NCBI GenBank assembly: GCA_039794005.1 | Contig: JBAMMA010000017.1 | Coordinates: 28,737-92,736 of the forward strand | Length of the DNA: 64,000 nt | Reading direction: 5' to 3' | Origin: Thermoplasmata archaeon | GTDB taxonomy: Archaea > Thermoplasmatota > Thermoplasmata > Thermoplasmatales > ARK-15 | The notes under the pieces: model-generated | Told to the model about the DNA's origin: nothing | What the model saw: only the letters and a program-made list of their open reading frames with translations | The model's database searches: none | Program-made: the position numbers and the translations under genes | In this document: positions 32,902-43,159 of the stretch, in pieces | Position numbering within the stretch: the stretch's first letter is position 1 | Layout of the letters: every line of letters begins with the position of its first letter

Positions 32902-33123
32902 ATGGCTGATGAAACACTTTCTCAAAATGCAAAGAAAGTATATGAGGCAATGAAAAAGCTAGGAGCGACATCTGAAGATAAGATGAAAACAGCAGATGAT
33001 ATAATGAAGGCTGCAGGTATTGGTAAAGGCATCGTAAATAATGCGTTGCAGGAATTACAGAACAAGGGTTATGTAAAAAGGGTAGCTAGGCAAAAGAGCG
33101 CCGGATATTATATTCTAAAATGA
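32902..33123 (+). CDS. small basic winged-helix DNA-binding protein
   Basis: 73 aa, LSQNAKKVY, TADDIM, VNNALQELQNKGYVKR wHTH pattern; GGTGA RBS. Confidence 0.75.
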   Translation: MADETLSQNAKKVYEAMKKLGATSEDKMKTADDIMKAAGIGKGIVNNALQELQNKGYVKRVARQKSAGYYILK

Positions 33124-33125
33124 TT

Positions 33126-34880
33126 TTATAATCCCCAGAACGGGTCATCTTTTCTTTTTATTTTGATTATTTCATTTAATATTTCATTTTCTTCATAAGT
33201 CAATTCAAAATTTTTCAATTCTTTAACGTCATTTTCATTTAAATCAGAATAAAGGATATCTCCTGGTTTTACATTTCTTCCAATAACTGCATCTGAAATG
33301 GCAATTGCTACCTCTGACCCCATGCCCGCTTCTTTCAACACTTCCTCGTTTATTCTAATGCTTTTTATTTCTCCCACATTCTTATTTTCTTCTGTCATCA
33401 ATTTCATTCCTACCTTTATTGTTCCTCCTAAAACTCTTACACCAACTATCGCTGGCTTGGAGGTCCTGAATATAAATCCTTCAAGTATCTTTATCTTTGC
33501 AGGAAATGTTATATTCTTTCTCTTTTCTTCTTCAATTTTCTTTTTTATTTTTTCCACCGTTTCAACATACTTGTCCAAAATTTGGTATAATACATTTCCC
33601 TCAATTATCTCTACTTTTGAGGCAGATTGATATATTTCTTGTGGTACTTTGACATTATAGGCAATTATTATTCTCTTATATGGATCTTCAGATGTTTCAG
33701 CATCTACCAGGTCTCTCTTTGAAACTTCACCAATATCAGCTTTTTTGATGGGTACGTTCATTTTGCTTAATTCATAATATAGAGCTTCCAGGGATCCTTT
33801 GGCATCTGCTTTTATAACAATACCATCCTCAGATAATTTCAAATCAATTATATTTTCAGCCTTTACCTGTTCTATAATCTTATCCAGATTATCTAAACTC
33901 GCTACCATTAATGTTCCACCGGGAATTACATTATCTAAATCTGGAGCAACGATCTTTATACCTGCAGCAGCAGAGACTTCAGTTACCTGCTGAAATGGAT
34001 CTTTTGGATCCATTATTTCATTTAAGGGCTTTGGTTTTAATAATGCCTTCACCTTAGTTACAACAGGTTGATTTTTACCGGAAACAACTATGATATCATT
34101 CTTTTTTATTACACCCTGATGCAAGATTACATCAAGTGTTTTACCTAATCCCTTTACCTCCTTCACTTCTAAAACAGTTCCTACTCCTGGTCCATCTTCA
34201 ACCCTCAATTCTTTTTCAAGGTATTTCTGGGCCAAACCGATTAATACCAAAAGCAAATCTGCAATACCAATATACAATTTAGAGCTAACTGGGATTATTG
34301 CAACATTTTTTGTAAAATCTGATATTCTATCATATCTTTCTGCAGAGAAACCATGAGAATATAATTGTTCAGCAATTTCATATATCTCTTTGTCCAAGGC
34401 CATTTTAACCGTATCACTTTGCTCTTTTATACCAACAATAAATGGCTTATTTTGTGAATTTCTCCATCCTGGTATTAAATCTATCTTTGTAGCGGCAACA
34501 ACAAATGGTGTCTTATACCTTTTTAATATATTTATACTTTCAACAGTCTGCGGCATTATTTTTTCCCTTATATCAATAACCAAAACAGCTATATCTGCCA
34601 AAGATCCTCCCCTTGCCCTTAAACTCATGAATGCTTCATGGCCAGGGGTATCAATAAATAAAAGGCCTGGAACCTTAAAGTTTTTCTCTTTTATTAATGA
34701 TCCGCATATTTCGTAAATCGTTTCCAATGGAATCTCGGTTGCACCTATATGTTGTGTGATCCCACCATGTTCTTTTTTTGCTATAGATGTGCCCCTAATT
34801 GCATCTAATAAGGATGTTTTTCCATGGTCAACGTGACCTAATACCCCTATTATAGGTTGTCTTATCCTTTGAGTCACCAT
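33126..34880 (-). CDS. infB: translation initiation factor aIF5B (IF2)
   Basis: GHVDHGKT, GITQHIGA, DTPGHEAF, TKID; no intein. Confidence 0.96.
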   Translation of the reverse strand: MVTQRIRQPIIGVLGHVDHGKTSLLDAIRGTSIAKKEHGGITQHIGATEIPLETIYEICGSLIKEKNFKVPGLLFIDTPGHEAFMSLRARGGSLADIAVLVIDIREKIMPQTVESINILKRYKTPFVVAATKIDLIPGWRNSQNKPFIVGIKEQSDTVKMALDKEIYEIAEQLYSHGFSAERYDRISDFTKNVAIIPVSSKLYIGIADLLLVLIGLAQKYLEKELRVEDGPGVGTVLEVKEVKGLGKTLDVILHQGVIKKNDIIVVSGKNQPVVTKVKALLKPKPLNEIMDPKDPFQQVTEVSAAAGIKIVAPDLDNVIPGGTLMVASLDNLDKIIEQVKAENIIDLKLSEDGIVIKADAKGSLEALYYELSKMNVPIKKADIGEVSKRDLVDAETSEDPYKRIIIAYNVKVPQEIYQSASKVEIIEGNVLYQILDKYVETVEKIKKKIEEEKRKNITFPAKIKILEGFIFRTSKPAIVGVRVLGGTIKVGMKLMTEENKNVGEIKSIRINEEVLKEAGMGSEVAIAISDAVIGRNVKPGDILYSDLNENDVKELKNFELTYEENEILNEIIKIKRKDDPFWGL

Positions 34881-34972
34881 ATTGATCTTTCTATATTGTA
34901 TAAAATATCAGATAAATTAAAATTTCCTTATTTTCAAAAAGGATTTATAAATTTATTTTTTATAGATAATTA

Positions 34973-35058
34973 GCCGCGGTAGCCTAGCCCGGATAAAGGC
35001 GGTAGACTCGAGATCTACTGTCCGAAAGGACTCGGGAGTTCAAATCTCCCCCGCGGCG
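34973..35058 (+). tRNA. tRNA-Ser(CGA)
   Basis: GTAGA-CTCGAGA-TCTAC anticodon arm, long variable arm GTCC-GAAA-GGAC, G discriminator. Confidence 0.95.
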
Positions 35059-35102
35059 TTTTTAAAAGAAAATTAAAATTCATGATTTTATTATTCTCTA
35101 AC

Positions 35103-35957
35103 ATGAAGATTATTAGTGGTCCTAGGTCACTAATGCTTTCTTCTAGATTATCTGAAATAACTGGAATACCACTTGCACATACTGAATTTAAAAGGTTTCC
35201 TGATGGTGAAGCATATGTTAGGATCCATGAAAATCTGGATAATGAAGATGTTATATTTATACAAAATACACATCCTGATTCAAATATTATTGAATATTTT
35301 CTTGTTATTGATGCTATAAGGCAATATAAAGTAAAATCGATCATTTCTGTAATACCATATTTTGGTTATGCTAGACAAGATAAAAGATTTAATGAGGGAG
35401 AACCTATTAGTGCAAAAATTCTGGCAAAACACCTTTCTGAAGATGTTGATAAAATTATAACAGTTAATTTACATAACCCGGATATATTAAAATGGTTTAA
35501 TGTACCATCATATGAAATTAGAGCGGAAAAATTACTGGCAAAATATTTTGAAAAATTTAATCCAGATCTTGTAGTATCGCCTGATAAAGGCTCTATAGAA
35601 AGAGCAAAATTATTAGCAGAATTGATAAATAGACCCTATATTTCATTTGAAAAAAGAAGAATTGATGCCGAACATGTAGAGATTTTCACGGGGGATGTTG
35701 ATGTATTGGGTAAAACTGTTGCTATAATAGATGATATGATTTCCACAGGAGGTACGATTGCAACAGCCTCTAATATACTAAAAAATATGGGAGCTTCAAA
35801 GATTGTTGTAGGTTGTGTACATGGGCTTTTCATAGGAAATGCTTTAAGTAAGCTTCAAGCAACTGTAGACATTATATTTTCAACAGATACAATAGAAAAT
35901 GAAAAAAGCGTGGTTACTGTTGCTGATGAAATTGCAAAATTGATTAAAATGTCATGA
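35103..35957 (+). CDS. prs: ribose-phosphate pyrophosphokinase
   Basis: RFPDGEAYV, PYFGYARQD, SPDKG, IIDDMISTGGT. Confidence 0.95.
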   Translation: MKIISGPRSLMLSSRLSEITGIPLAHTEFKRFPDGEAYVRIHENLDNEDVIFIQNTHPDSNIIEYFLVIDAIRQYKVKSIISVIPYFGYARQDKRFNEGEPISAKILAKHLSEDVDKIITVNLHNPDILKWFNVPSYEIRAEKLLAKYFEKFNPDLVVSPDKGSIERAKLLAELINRPYISFEKRRIDAEHVEIFTGDVDVLGKTVAIIDDMISTGGTIATASNILKNMGASKIVVGCVHGLFIGNALSKLQATVDIIFSTDTIENEKSVVTVADEIAKLIKMS

Positions 35958-37277
35958 AAATTTAATAAAATCTTTTTCAAAATATTTTTGAAGTATATCA
36001 GGAACGTATATTCCATCTTCAGCCTGATAATTTTCAATTATTGCAACAATTGTCCTTGTTGTTGCAATTGCAGTACTATTCAACGTATGAGGATAATAAT
36101 TGCCATTTTTACTCCTTACCCTTATGTTCAGTCTCCTGGACTGATAATCCTTAACATTGCTAGCACTAACAACTTCTCTGAATTTACCTTGAGCAGGCAT
36201 CCATACCTCAATATCGTATTTTTTGCTTGCAACATTACCCAAATCTCCGCTGCATATATTTATGACCCTGTAAGGAAGGTTCAATTTTTGATAAAATTCC
36301 TCGGCATTATTCAATATAAATTCATGGAATTTCCTTGATTCATCTGGATGGCAATATATAAATTGTTCAACTTTGTTGAACTGATGAACCCTGAATATGC
36401 CTTTTGTATCTTTTCCATGAGAACCTGCCTCCTTTCTAAAACATGGTGAAATACCGGCGTATAGCTTTGGCAGTTCCCTTTCATCGAGTATTTCATCCAT
36501 ATGATAGGCAGCCAAAGCATGTTCTGATGTTGCAATCAGATATAGATCTTCATTTTCAATTTTATATATTGTATCTTCAAAGGCAGATAAATCTGTCGCA
36601 CCTTCCATTGCCCTTCTGTTTAACATAAATGGTGGTTCAAAAATGGTAAATCCCTTTTCTAATAACAAATCAATTGCAAACATTTCCAATGATAATTCCA
36701 ATTTTACAAGATCCCTTTTTAAGTAATAAAATCTGGATCCTGCTACCTTACCAGCCCTCAATGTATCGGCTAAATCATATTTTTCTATTATATCATAATG
36801 GCTCATTGGCCTCTTTAAAAGAATTTCAAATTCCATCGAATTTCTGCTCTCTCTTTTAAAATATTCTAAATCTTCCATAAACACCTTTGCCTTACCCCAA
36901 AATTTTATTGGGATATTATCATTTTCATCTTTTCCCACTGGAACATCTTCATCCAATATATTTGGAATGTTCCATAATAGCTTATCCCTCTGACTTTTTA
37001 GATCATCGACAATTTTTTCAATTTTTTGAATATCTTCATTTATTTTGTTGACTTCATTTTTTAATAATTCAACATCTTCATGATTCCTTATTTTTATCGT
37101 TATTTCCTCAACCTTTTTATTTTTTAAATTTCTAAGCTTTTCCAACGTTTGGAGGTTTTCCCTCCATAATCTGTCCAATTCAATAACTTTATCGACTATT
37201 TTATCGTCTAAATTCCTCTTCCTCTGACTCTCCCTTACTAAATCTGGATTTGTTCTTATAACGTTGATGTCTATCAT
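35952..37277 (-). CDS. serS: seryl-tRNA synthetase (bacterial/type 1)
   Basis: N-terminal coiled coil, LIATSEH, CFRKEAG, FRVHQFNKVE, EVVSASN, HTLNST. Confidence 0.96.
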   Translation of the reverse strand: MIDINVIRTNPDLVRESQRKRNLDDKIVDKVIELDRLWRENLQTLEKLRNLKNKKVEEITIKIRNHEDVELLKNEVNKINEDIQKIEKIVDDLKSQRDKLLWNIPNILDEDVPVGKDENDNIPIKFWGKAKVFMEDLEYFKRESRNSMEFEILLKRPMSHYDIIEKYDLADTLRAGKVAGSRFYYLKRDLVKLELSLEMFAIDLLLEKGFTIFEPPFMLNRRAMEGATDLSAFEDTIYKIENEDLYLIATSEHALAAYHMDEILDERELPKLYAGISPCFRKEAGSHGKDTKGIFRVHQFNKVEQFIYCHPDESRKFHEFILNNAEEFYQKLNLPYRVINICSGDLGNVASKKYDIEVWMPAQGKFREVVSASNVKDYQSRRLNIRVRSKNGNYYPHTLNSTAIATTRTIVAIIENYQAEDGIYVPDILQKYFEKDFIKFS

Positions 37278-37394
37278 TGATAATTCAAATTGAATTTGAT
37301 ATAAAAAATTAATTGGTTAAATAAAAAATAAAGTTTAAATAGGCTATTTGTCATTTGTTTGTATGCCAAAAATCAAACGGAGGTATGATGACAT

Positions 37395-38597
37395 ATGAAA
37401 AGTTTGATTAAAAATGCAATTGGAATCGATCCAGACGAATTACAAAAAGGTCAAAAACCATTTGTGGAAAATAATGTTTTAAATCAAAAGAATCAGATAC
37501 CCCAGATTACTCAAAATACAAACAACAATCAGACCATGAATCCTGATGATCTAGAATTACAGAAATTCGTTGAACAATTGAAAGTTGGAATCAAGATTGT
37601 TGGATGTGGTGGTGGAGGATCGAATACAATAAATAGATTGGCTACATCAGGTATTGTGGGAGCCCAATTAATTGCTGTTAACACCGATGCACAGCATCTT
37701 TTGAGAGTGACTGCAGAAAAGAAAATATTAATTGGAAAGAGATTGACGAGAGGTCTCGGTGCAGGTGCAGATCCAAGAATTGGTGAAGAGGCAGCAAAAG
37801 AACAGGATGAAGAATTAAGAGCGGCATTACAAAAATCCGATATTGTATTTGTAACAGCTGGAATGGGTGGTGGAACAGGAACAGGCTCTGCTCCTTATGT
37901 TGCGCAAATAGCAAAGGAAGTAAATCCAGGTTCACTTGTAATTGCAGTTGTAACATTACCATTTTCAGCTGAAGGTAAATTGAGAATGGAACAGGCTTTA
38001 TATGGGTTGGACAGATTGAGAAGATTTGCAGATACTACAATTGTGATACCAAACGACAAATTATTGGAAATTGTGCCAAGACTTCCATTGGATCAGGCAT
38101 TCAAAGTTGCTGATGCAGTTTTGATGGAAGCACTGAAAGGCTTAACGGAAATTATAACAAAACCCGGATTGGTGAACATTGATTATGCTGATATTAAGAC
38201 GATCATGTCAGATGGTGGAGTAGCAATGATAGGCATAGGAGAATCTGAAGATTCATCTGATAGAGTTACAGATGCGGTAAAGGATGCGATAAATTCACCC
38301 CTGATTGAGGCAGATATAAGAGAGGCAAAAGGAGCCTTGGTAAGAATCGTCGGAGATCCAAACATGTCCGTATCTGAGGCACAGAAGGCTGCTGAAATCA
38401 TACAAAAGAATATAAGTCCAAATGCAAGATTGATATGGGGAGCATCCATAGATCCGGAATTGCAAAATATGGTTAAAGTATTAGTTATACTGACTGGAGT
38501 AAAAAGTCCTTATATATTGGATGGAAAATCATCTTTGCAGGAAATGAAGAAAGCTGCTAAAATAAAGTCGCTGGATACAATGATAGATTCTATATAA
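37395..38597 (+). CDS. ftsZ: cell division protein FtsZ
   Basis: [26 protein letters not shown]; Q/N-rich N-terminal extension. Confidence 0.96.
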   Translation: MKSLIKNAIGIDPDELQKGQKPFVENNVLNQKNQIPQITQNTNNNQTMNPDDLELQKFVEQLKVGIKIVGCGGGGSNTINRLATSGIVGAQLIAVNTDAQHLLRVTAEKKILIGKRLTRGLGAGADPRIGEEAAKEQDEELRAALQKSDIVFVTAGMGGGTGTGSAPYVAQIAKEVNPGSLVIAVVTLPFSAEGKLRMEQALYGLDRLRRFADTTIVIPNDKLLEIVPRLPLDQAFKVADAVLMEALKGLTEIITKPGLVNIDYADIKTIMSDGGVAMIGIGESEDSSDRVTDAVKDAINSPLIEADIREAKGALVRIVGDPNMSVSEAQKAAEIIQKNISPNARLIWGASIDPELQNMVKVLVILTGVKSPYILDGKSSLQEMKKAAKIKSLDTMIDSI

Positions 38598-38622
38598 AAA
38601 AATAAAAAAATTTTAAAATTTT

Positions 38623-38892
38623 TTACTTATATTTTATTACTTTGCTTGGCCTAAAAACGAATTTGTTCTTCTGTGGTACGTTAATAATTTGTTTTGTCCT
38701 TGGGTTCTTTGCCTTCTTGGCCTTCTGTATCTTCCTCATGAACACTCCAAATTGTTTGATTGCTACCTTATCTCCCTTGTTTACCCTGTCCACGATTTCC
38801 TTGAACAATACATCCAAGACGGCCTTTACGTCTTTCTCTTTCATGCCTGTTTTCTTAGCCACAGCCTTCCTCAATTCTGTTATGCCAACCAT
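38623..38892 (-). CDS. HU-family nucleoid protein (HTa type)
   Basis: MVGITEL start as in Thermoplasma HTa, FGVF, KNPRT, VP.K.KFVFRPS. Confidence 0.92.
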   Translation of the reverse strand: MVGITELRKAVAKKTGMKEKDVKAVLDVLFKEIVDRVNKGDKVAIKQFGVFMRKIQKAKKAKNPRTKQIINVPQKNKFVFRPSKVIKYK

Positions 38893-38990
38893 TTAGGATC
38901 CACCCACTACAGTATATTGTAAATTTTATATATAAACTTTATCCTAAAAATGTCAGGATAAATTCACTCTAAACATAATTTCGATTTAAA

Positions 38991-39863
38991 TCATTTATTT
39001 GATACGCTTTTGATAAAAATATTGCTTATTATTATCTGAACTAATTTTGCAGCTAACATTGATGTATTGCCATTGTCAAAGGGAGGTGATATTTCAACAA
39101 TGTCAGCACCAATAATCCTGTCTGAGAACTTTTCTATGATTTTCCTTACGTCCCAGATTGAAAGCCCATATGGTTCAGGTGTTGCTACACCCATCGCAAA
39201 TGAAGGATCTATACCATCCATGTCTATTGAAAGGTATATTTTTCTATTTCCAAAATAATTTTCTAATAATTCTATTGATCTATCAATACCATTTTTATAA
39301 ACATATTCTGAGGATATTTTAAAATAATTTTTAAATTCTTCATCATTATATTCTTCTGGACTAACCGATCTTATTCCTATCGTTGCAATTCTATCTTTAC
39401 CTAAAATTTCATATGATCTTCTTGCTACGCATGCGTGACTATATTTCATTCCCAAATATTCATCCCTAAAATCTGTGTGTGCATCAATGAATAAGATAAC
39501 ATAATCTTTTTTATGTATTGCCTTTGCAGCACCTACAGTTATAGAATGTTCTCCTCCTAACATTATTGGGATTTTACCATCATCTAATATTTTTGAAACA
39601 TAGAAATAGACTTCATCTATTGCATCCTCTGGCCTTCCATGTTCATCCAGATTCCCCATGTCGTGTATTTTGGCATCCCTCATGTCAAAACCATTCTCAT
39701 ATACTAAAGATTCAAGGTTTACAGAAACTTCCCTAATAACATTTGGCGCAAATCTAGCCCCTCCCCTATAACTCGTCGTACCGTCAAAAGGAACTCCAAA
39801 AATTACAAAATTTGAGGATTCGTAATCGTATATGGAATCCGCAAATTTCAATAGAGAGGCCAT
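38991..39863 (-). CDS. speB: agmatinase (ureohydrolase family)
   Basis: GVPFD, GGEHSIT, DAHTD, SIDMDGIDP, TPEPYG. Confidence 0.9.
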   Translation of the reverse strand: MASLLKFADSIYDYESSNFVIFGVPFDGTTSYRGGARFAPNVIREVSVNLESLVYENGFDMRDAKIHDMGNLDEHGRPEDAIDEVYFYVSKILDDGKIPIMLGGEHSITVGAAKAIHKKDYVILFIDAHTDFRDEYLGMKYSHACVARRSYEILGKDRIATIGIRSVSPEEYNDEEFKNYFKISSEYVYKNGIDRSIELLENYFGNRKIYLSIDMDGIDPSFAMGVATPEPYGLSIWDVRKIIEKFSDRIIGADIVEISPPFDNGNTSMLAAKLVQIIISNIFIKSVSNK

Positions 39864-39864
39864 T

Positions 39865-40248
39865 TTATTTAACTATCTTTCTCTTGCCCATTACTTCCCA
39901 ATACTGTACTTGCTGACCCTGCTGTAACTGTCCTTTTAATTCTTCAGGTATTGGTAATTCGAATGTTTCATATGTTTCTGTATCCATAATCTGAACCACA
40001 TCACCCATAATTGCCAATATTTGGCCTGTTTTTTTATCTATTATCGGCATTTTTACCTTATGTTTTACAGGATATACTACACTCCTCTTCTGTTCATCAA
40101 AAAGACCGATTGCCACTATCCTCGCTTTAGCTTCTCCATGCTTCCCTGGTTTTGAGGTTGTGAATTCAACAATTTTGCATGGTTCATCATCAATTAATAT
40201 ATAACTGCCTTCTCTGAGCTCCCTCACTTCAACATCTTTCCAAGACAT
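39865..40248 (-). CDS. eif5a: translation factor aIF5A
   Basis: [10 protein letters not shown] hypusine loop. Confidence 0.96.
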   Translation of the reverse strand: MSWKDVEVRELREGSYILIDDEPCKIVEFTTSKPGKHGEAKARIVAIGLFDEQKRSVVYPVKHKVKMPIIDKKTGQILAIMGDVVQIMDTETYETFELPIPEELKGQLQQGQQVQYWEVMGKRKIVK

Positions 40249-40403
40249 TTTTTCACCTTTTTTTGTGTTAATTTTTCCATAATTTTAAATTTTTCTTTTT
40301 AAACTTTAATTAAAGCAAATCCTTTTTATTCTAAAAATATAAAAAATGCATATTCTATAAAATTAAATATTTTCATGTTATATAGATTAAAAAGGTGGTT
40401 TAA

Positions 40404-41312
40404 ATGAAAAGGGATATTTTATCCGTACTAGACATGAAGGACGACATAGAAGAATTAATAGATTTTGGTATTGAGGTAAAAAGAAATCCAAAAAAATATA
40501 TGGAATCTTTGAAGCAGAAGAGCCTTGCAATGATATTTGAAAAACCATCTACAAGAACAAGGACAAGTTTTGAAGTTGCAATGACACAGTTGGGGGGCCA
40601 TGCTTTATATATGAATCCTAAAGATTTACAGCTTGGAAGGGGAGAAACAATAGAGGATACTGCAAGGGTTCTTAGCAGGTTTGTTGATGGCATAATATAT
40701 AGGGCATTCGACCATAATATGATGATAACTTTGGCCAAAAATTCAACTGTTCCTGTAATAAATGCACTGGATGATTATGAACATCCAGCTCAAATATTGG
40801 CAGATCTTATGACTGTTAAAGAAAAGAAGGGTAAACTAAAGGGACTTAAAATATCATTCATAGGAGATGGAAATAACGTGGCTAGATCACTGTTATTTGG
40901 TTCAGTTTTGGTAGGTGCAGACTTCTATTTGGCATCTCCAAAAGGATTTGAATTGAAAAAGGAAGATATTGATAAAGCTTCGCAGGTAAATAAAAAAGGA
41001 TCTAAAATAGTAATAACAAATAATCCCATAGAGGCTGCAAAAGATGCAGACGTCATATATACTGACGTTTGGGTTTCAATGGGAGAAGAATCTCAAAAAG
41101 AGGAAAAAGAGAAGATATTTAGAAATTATCAGGTGAATGGAGAATTGGTAAAACATGCTAAAAAAGATTATATTTTCATGCATTGTTTGCCAGCACACAG
41201 GGGGCTTGAAGTTACAAGTGATGTCATAGATGGTCCAAACAGCGTTGTTTTTGACGAGGCAGAAAATAGGTTGCATGCACAGAAGGCTCTTTTAATAAAA
41301 CTATTATCATAA
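40404..41312 (+). CDS. argF: ornithine carbamoyltransferase
   Basis: FEKPSTRT, GDGNNV, WVSMG, HCLP, ENRLH. Confidence 0.94.
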   Translation: MKRDILSVLDMKDDIEELIDFGIEVKRNPKKYMESLKQKSLAMIFEKPSTRTRTSFEVAMTQLGGHALYMNPKDLQLGRGETIEDTARVLSRFVDGIIYRAFDHNMMITLAKNSTVPVINALDDYEHPAQILADLMTVKEKKGKLKGLKISFIGDGNNVARSLLFGSVLVGADFYLASPKGFELKKEDIDKASQVNKKGSKIVITNNPIEAAKDADVIYTDVWVSMGEESQKEEKEKIFRNYQVNGELVKHAKKDYIFMHCLPAHRGLEVTSDVIDGPNSVVFDEAENRLHAQKALLIKLLS

Positions 41313-41316
41313 ATAA

Positions 41317-43005
41317 TTAAATTTTTCTTTTAAACATTTTTTCTAATTCCTCCTTTCCTATTTTTATCATTGTAGGCCTTCCATGCGGGCAATTATATGG
41401 ATTTTTACATTTCATCAATGAATGTACAAGATTTTTCATCTCTTCATAGGACAATTTATCTCCTGCCATGATTGCCCCTCTGCAAGCCATCAAAGATGCT
41501 ATCTTGTACTTTTCTTCTTCAGATATATTTCTCATATTCATTTCTCTTATCCTTTCTATTCCTTCCCTCAAAACATCTCTTATATTAGATTTTAAAAATA
41601 TATCAGGTATATTTCTCAAAACTAACATTGTTTCATATATATCGTAATCAAAACCTATCTCTTCGAAAATTTCTTTATATTCTTTCAAAATTTTTATATC
41701 TGCTGGATTCATTTCTAAATCTATTGGATTAATGAGATTTTGCTTTTTCTCCATCTTCATGTATTCCAATATGTTTTCAGCTCTTATTCTTTCATGGGCG
41801 GCGTGCTGGTCTATGATTAAAATACCATCTCCAATATCACATATTATATAGGTATTCAATGCTTGTCCAACTATGGAAATACCCTTTATTTCACCAATAT
41901 TCTCCTCTATTTTTTTCTGCACTATTTTTGGTTCTACTTCGAATGTCTTTTGGGATGAAAACCTGATATTTTCTAATTCAATGTTTTTTTCTTTTATACT
42001 TGCTTCTGGTATTGAAACTTCATCTTCGAATATTTTTTCTATAGAATTTTTTATGGCCTTTAAAACTTCATATTCATTTAAAAATCTTACCCTTGTTTTT
42101 GATGGATGGACATTAACGTCAACTAAATTTGGATCTATTTCTATGTCTAATAAAATTAGAGGATATTGACCGTGAAATATGTGTGATCCGTATCCGCTAA
42201 TTATTGTTTGAATAAATGGTGATTGATTTATGGGCCTAGAATTTACATACACGAATATTTTATTTGGCCGTTTTTCAAAATATGTTTTTGATGCTACCAA
42301 ATTTATTTTTAAATTCCCATAATCGAAACTTTTTTCAACAAGGTCTTTTGATATTTCGCTACCATATATATATGATATTCTTTCTATCCTATTATTTGTC
42401 TGCGGTAGATCATATAAAATGGTTCCATCATTTTCTAATTTAAATTTTATATTAAAATAAAAGATTGCGTATTGCAAAAATAGATCAACAATTTCTCTCA
42501 ATTCTATTGAATCGGATCTTAATGTGCTTCTTCTGGCTGGTAAATTTCCAAATATGTTCCACACTCTAATGTATGTTCCTTTCCTTGGGGAGATTTTTTC
42601 AACATCTACGACTTCTCCATACCTTATTTTTAACCTTGTACCGCTTGAATCGTATCCTTCACCCGTCTCAATTAAAGATTCACTTATAGATGTTATTGAA
42701 TGTAATGCCTCCCCCCTAAAACCAAAAGTTCTTATGTTTCTCAAATCTTCTTTGTAATAGATTTTGCTTGTTGCGTGCCTTTTAATTGATAGTATTGCGT
42801 CTTCATAGGACATCCCAATACCATTATCATCCACAATTATAGTATCTTTCCCACCGGATTTTAATGAAATTTTAATTGAACTGGATTCTGCATCTATGGA
42901 ATTTTCAACAAGCTCCTTGACAATGTTTGCAGGCTTTTCTATTACTTCACCTGCAGCTATTAAAGAGACTGTTTCCTGATCCAACAATCTTATCCTTCCC
43001 ATCAT
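41317..43005 (-). CDS. mutL: DNA mismatch repair endonuclease MutL
   Basis: IAAGEVIE, KELVENSIDA, GFRGEAL, DVNVHPSK, DQHAAHERIRAE, ACR, CPHGRP. Confidence 0.95.
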   Translation of the reverse strand: MMGRIRLLDQETVSLIAAGEVIEKPANIVKELVENSIDAESSSIKISLKSGGKDTIIVDDNGIGMSYEDAILSIKRHATSKIYYKEDLRNIRTFGFRGEALHSITSISESLIETGEGYDSSGTRLKIRYGEVVDVEKISPRKGTYIRVWNIFGNLPARRSTLRSDSIELREIVDLFLQYAIFYFNIKFKLENDGTILYDLPQTNNRIERISYIYGSEISKDLVEKSFDYGNLKINLVASKTYFEKRPNKIFVYVNSRPINQSPFIQTIISGYGSHIFHGQYPLILLDIEIDPNLVDVNVHPSKTRVRFLNEYEVLKAIKNSIEKIFEDEVSIPEASIKEKNIELENIRFSSQKTFEVEPKIVQKKIEENIGEIKGISIVGQALNTYIICDIGDGILIIDQHAAHERIRAENILEYMKMEKKQNLINPIDLEMNPADIKILKEYKEIFEEIGFDYDIYETMLVLRNIPDIFLKSNIRDVLREGIERIREMNMRNISEEEKYKIASLMACRGAIMAGDKLSYEEMKNLVHSLMKCKNPYNCPHGRPTMIKIGKEELEKMFKRKI

Positions 43006-43048
43006 TTAATTAAAAATATTAAAAAAATAAAACATTTTTTGATCCAGG

Positions 43049-43121
43049 GGCCGGGACCGGGAATCGAACCCGGGTCTAGGGATCCACAGTCCCCAAGGAT
43101 AGCCACTACCCCACCCCGGCC
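43049..43121 (-). tRNA. tRNA-His(GTG), G-1 genomically encoded
   Basis: CT-GTG-GA anticodon loop, GGTTCGA T-loop, C discriminator, G at -1 (43121). Confidence 0.95.
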
Positions 43122-43159
43122 ATACATCTCTCTTATTGTTAAAATAGTAATTAATTTTT

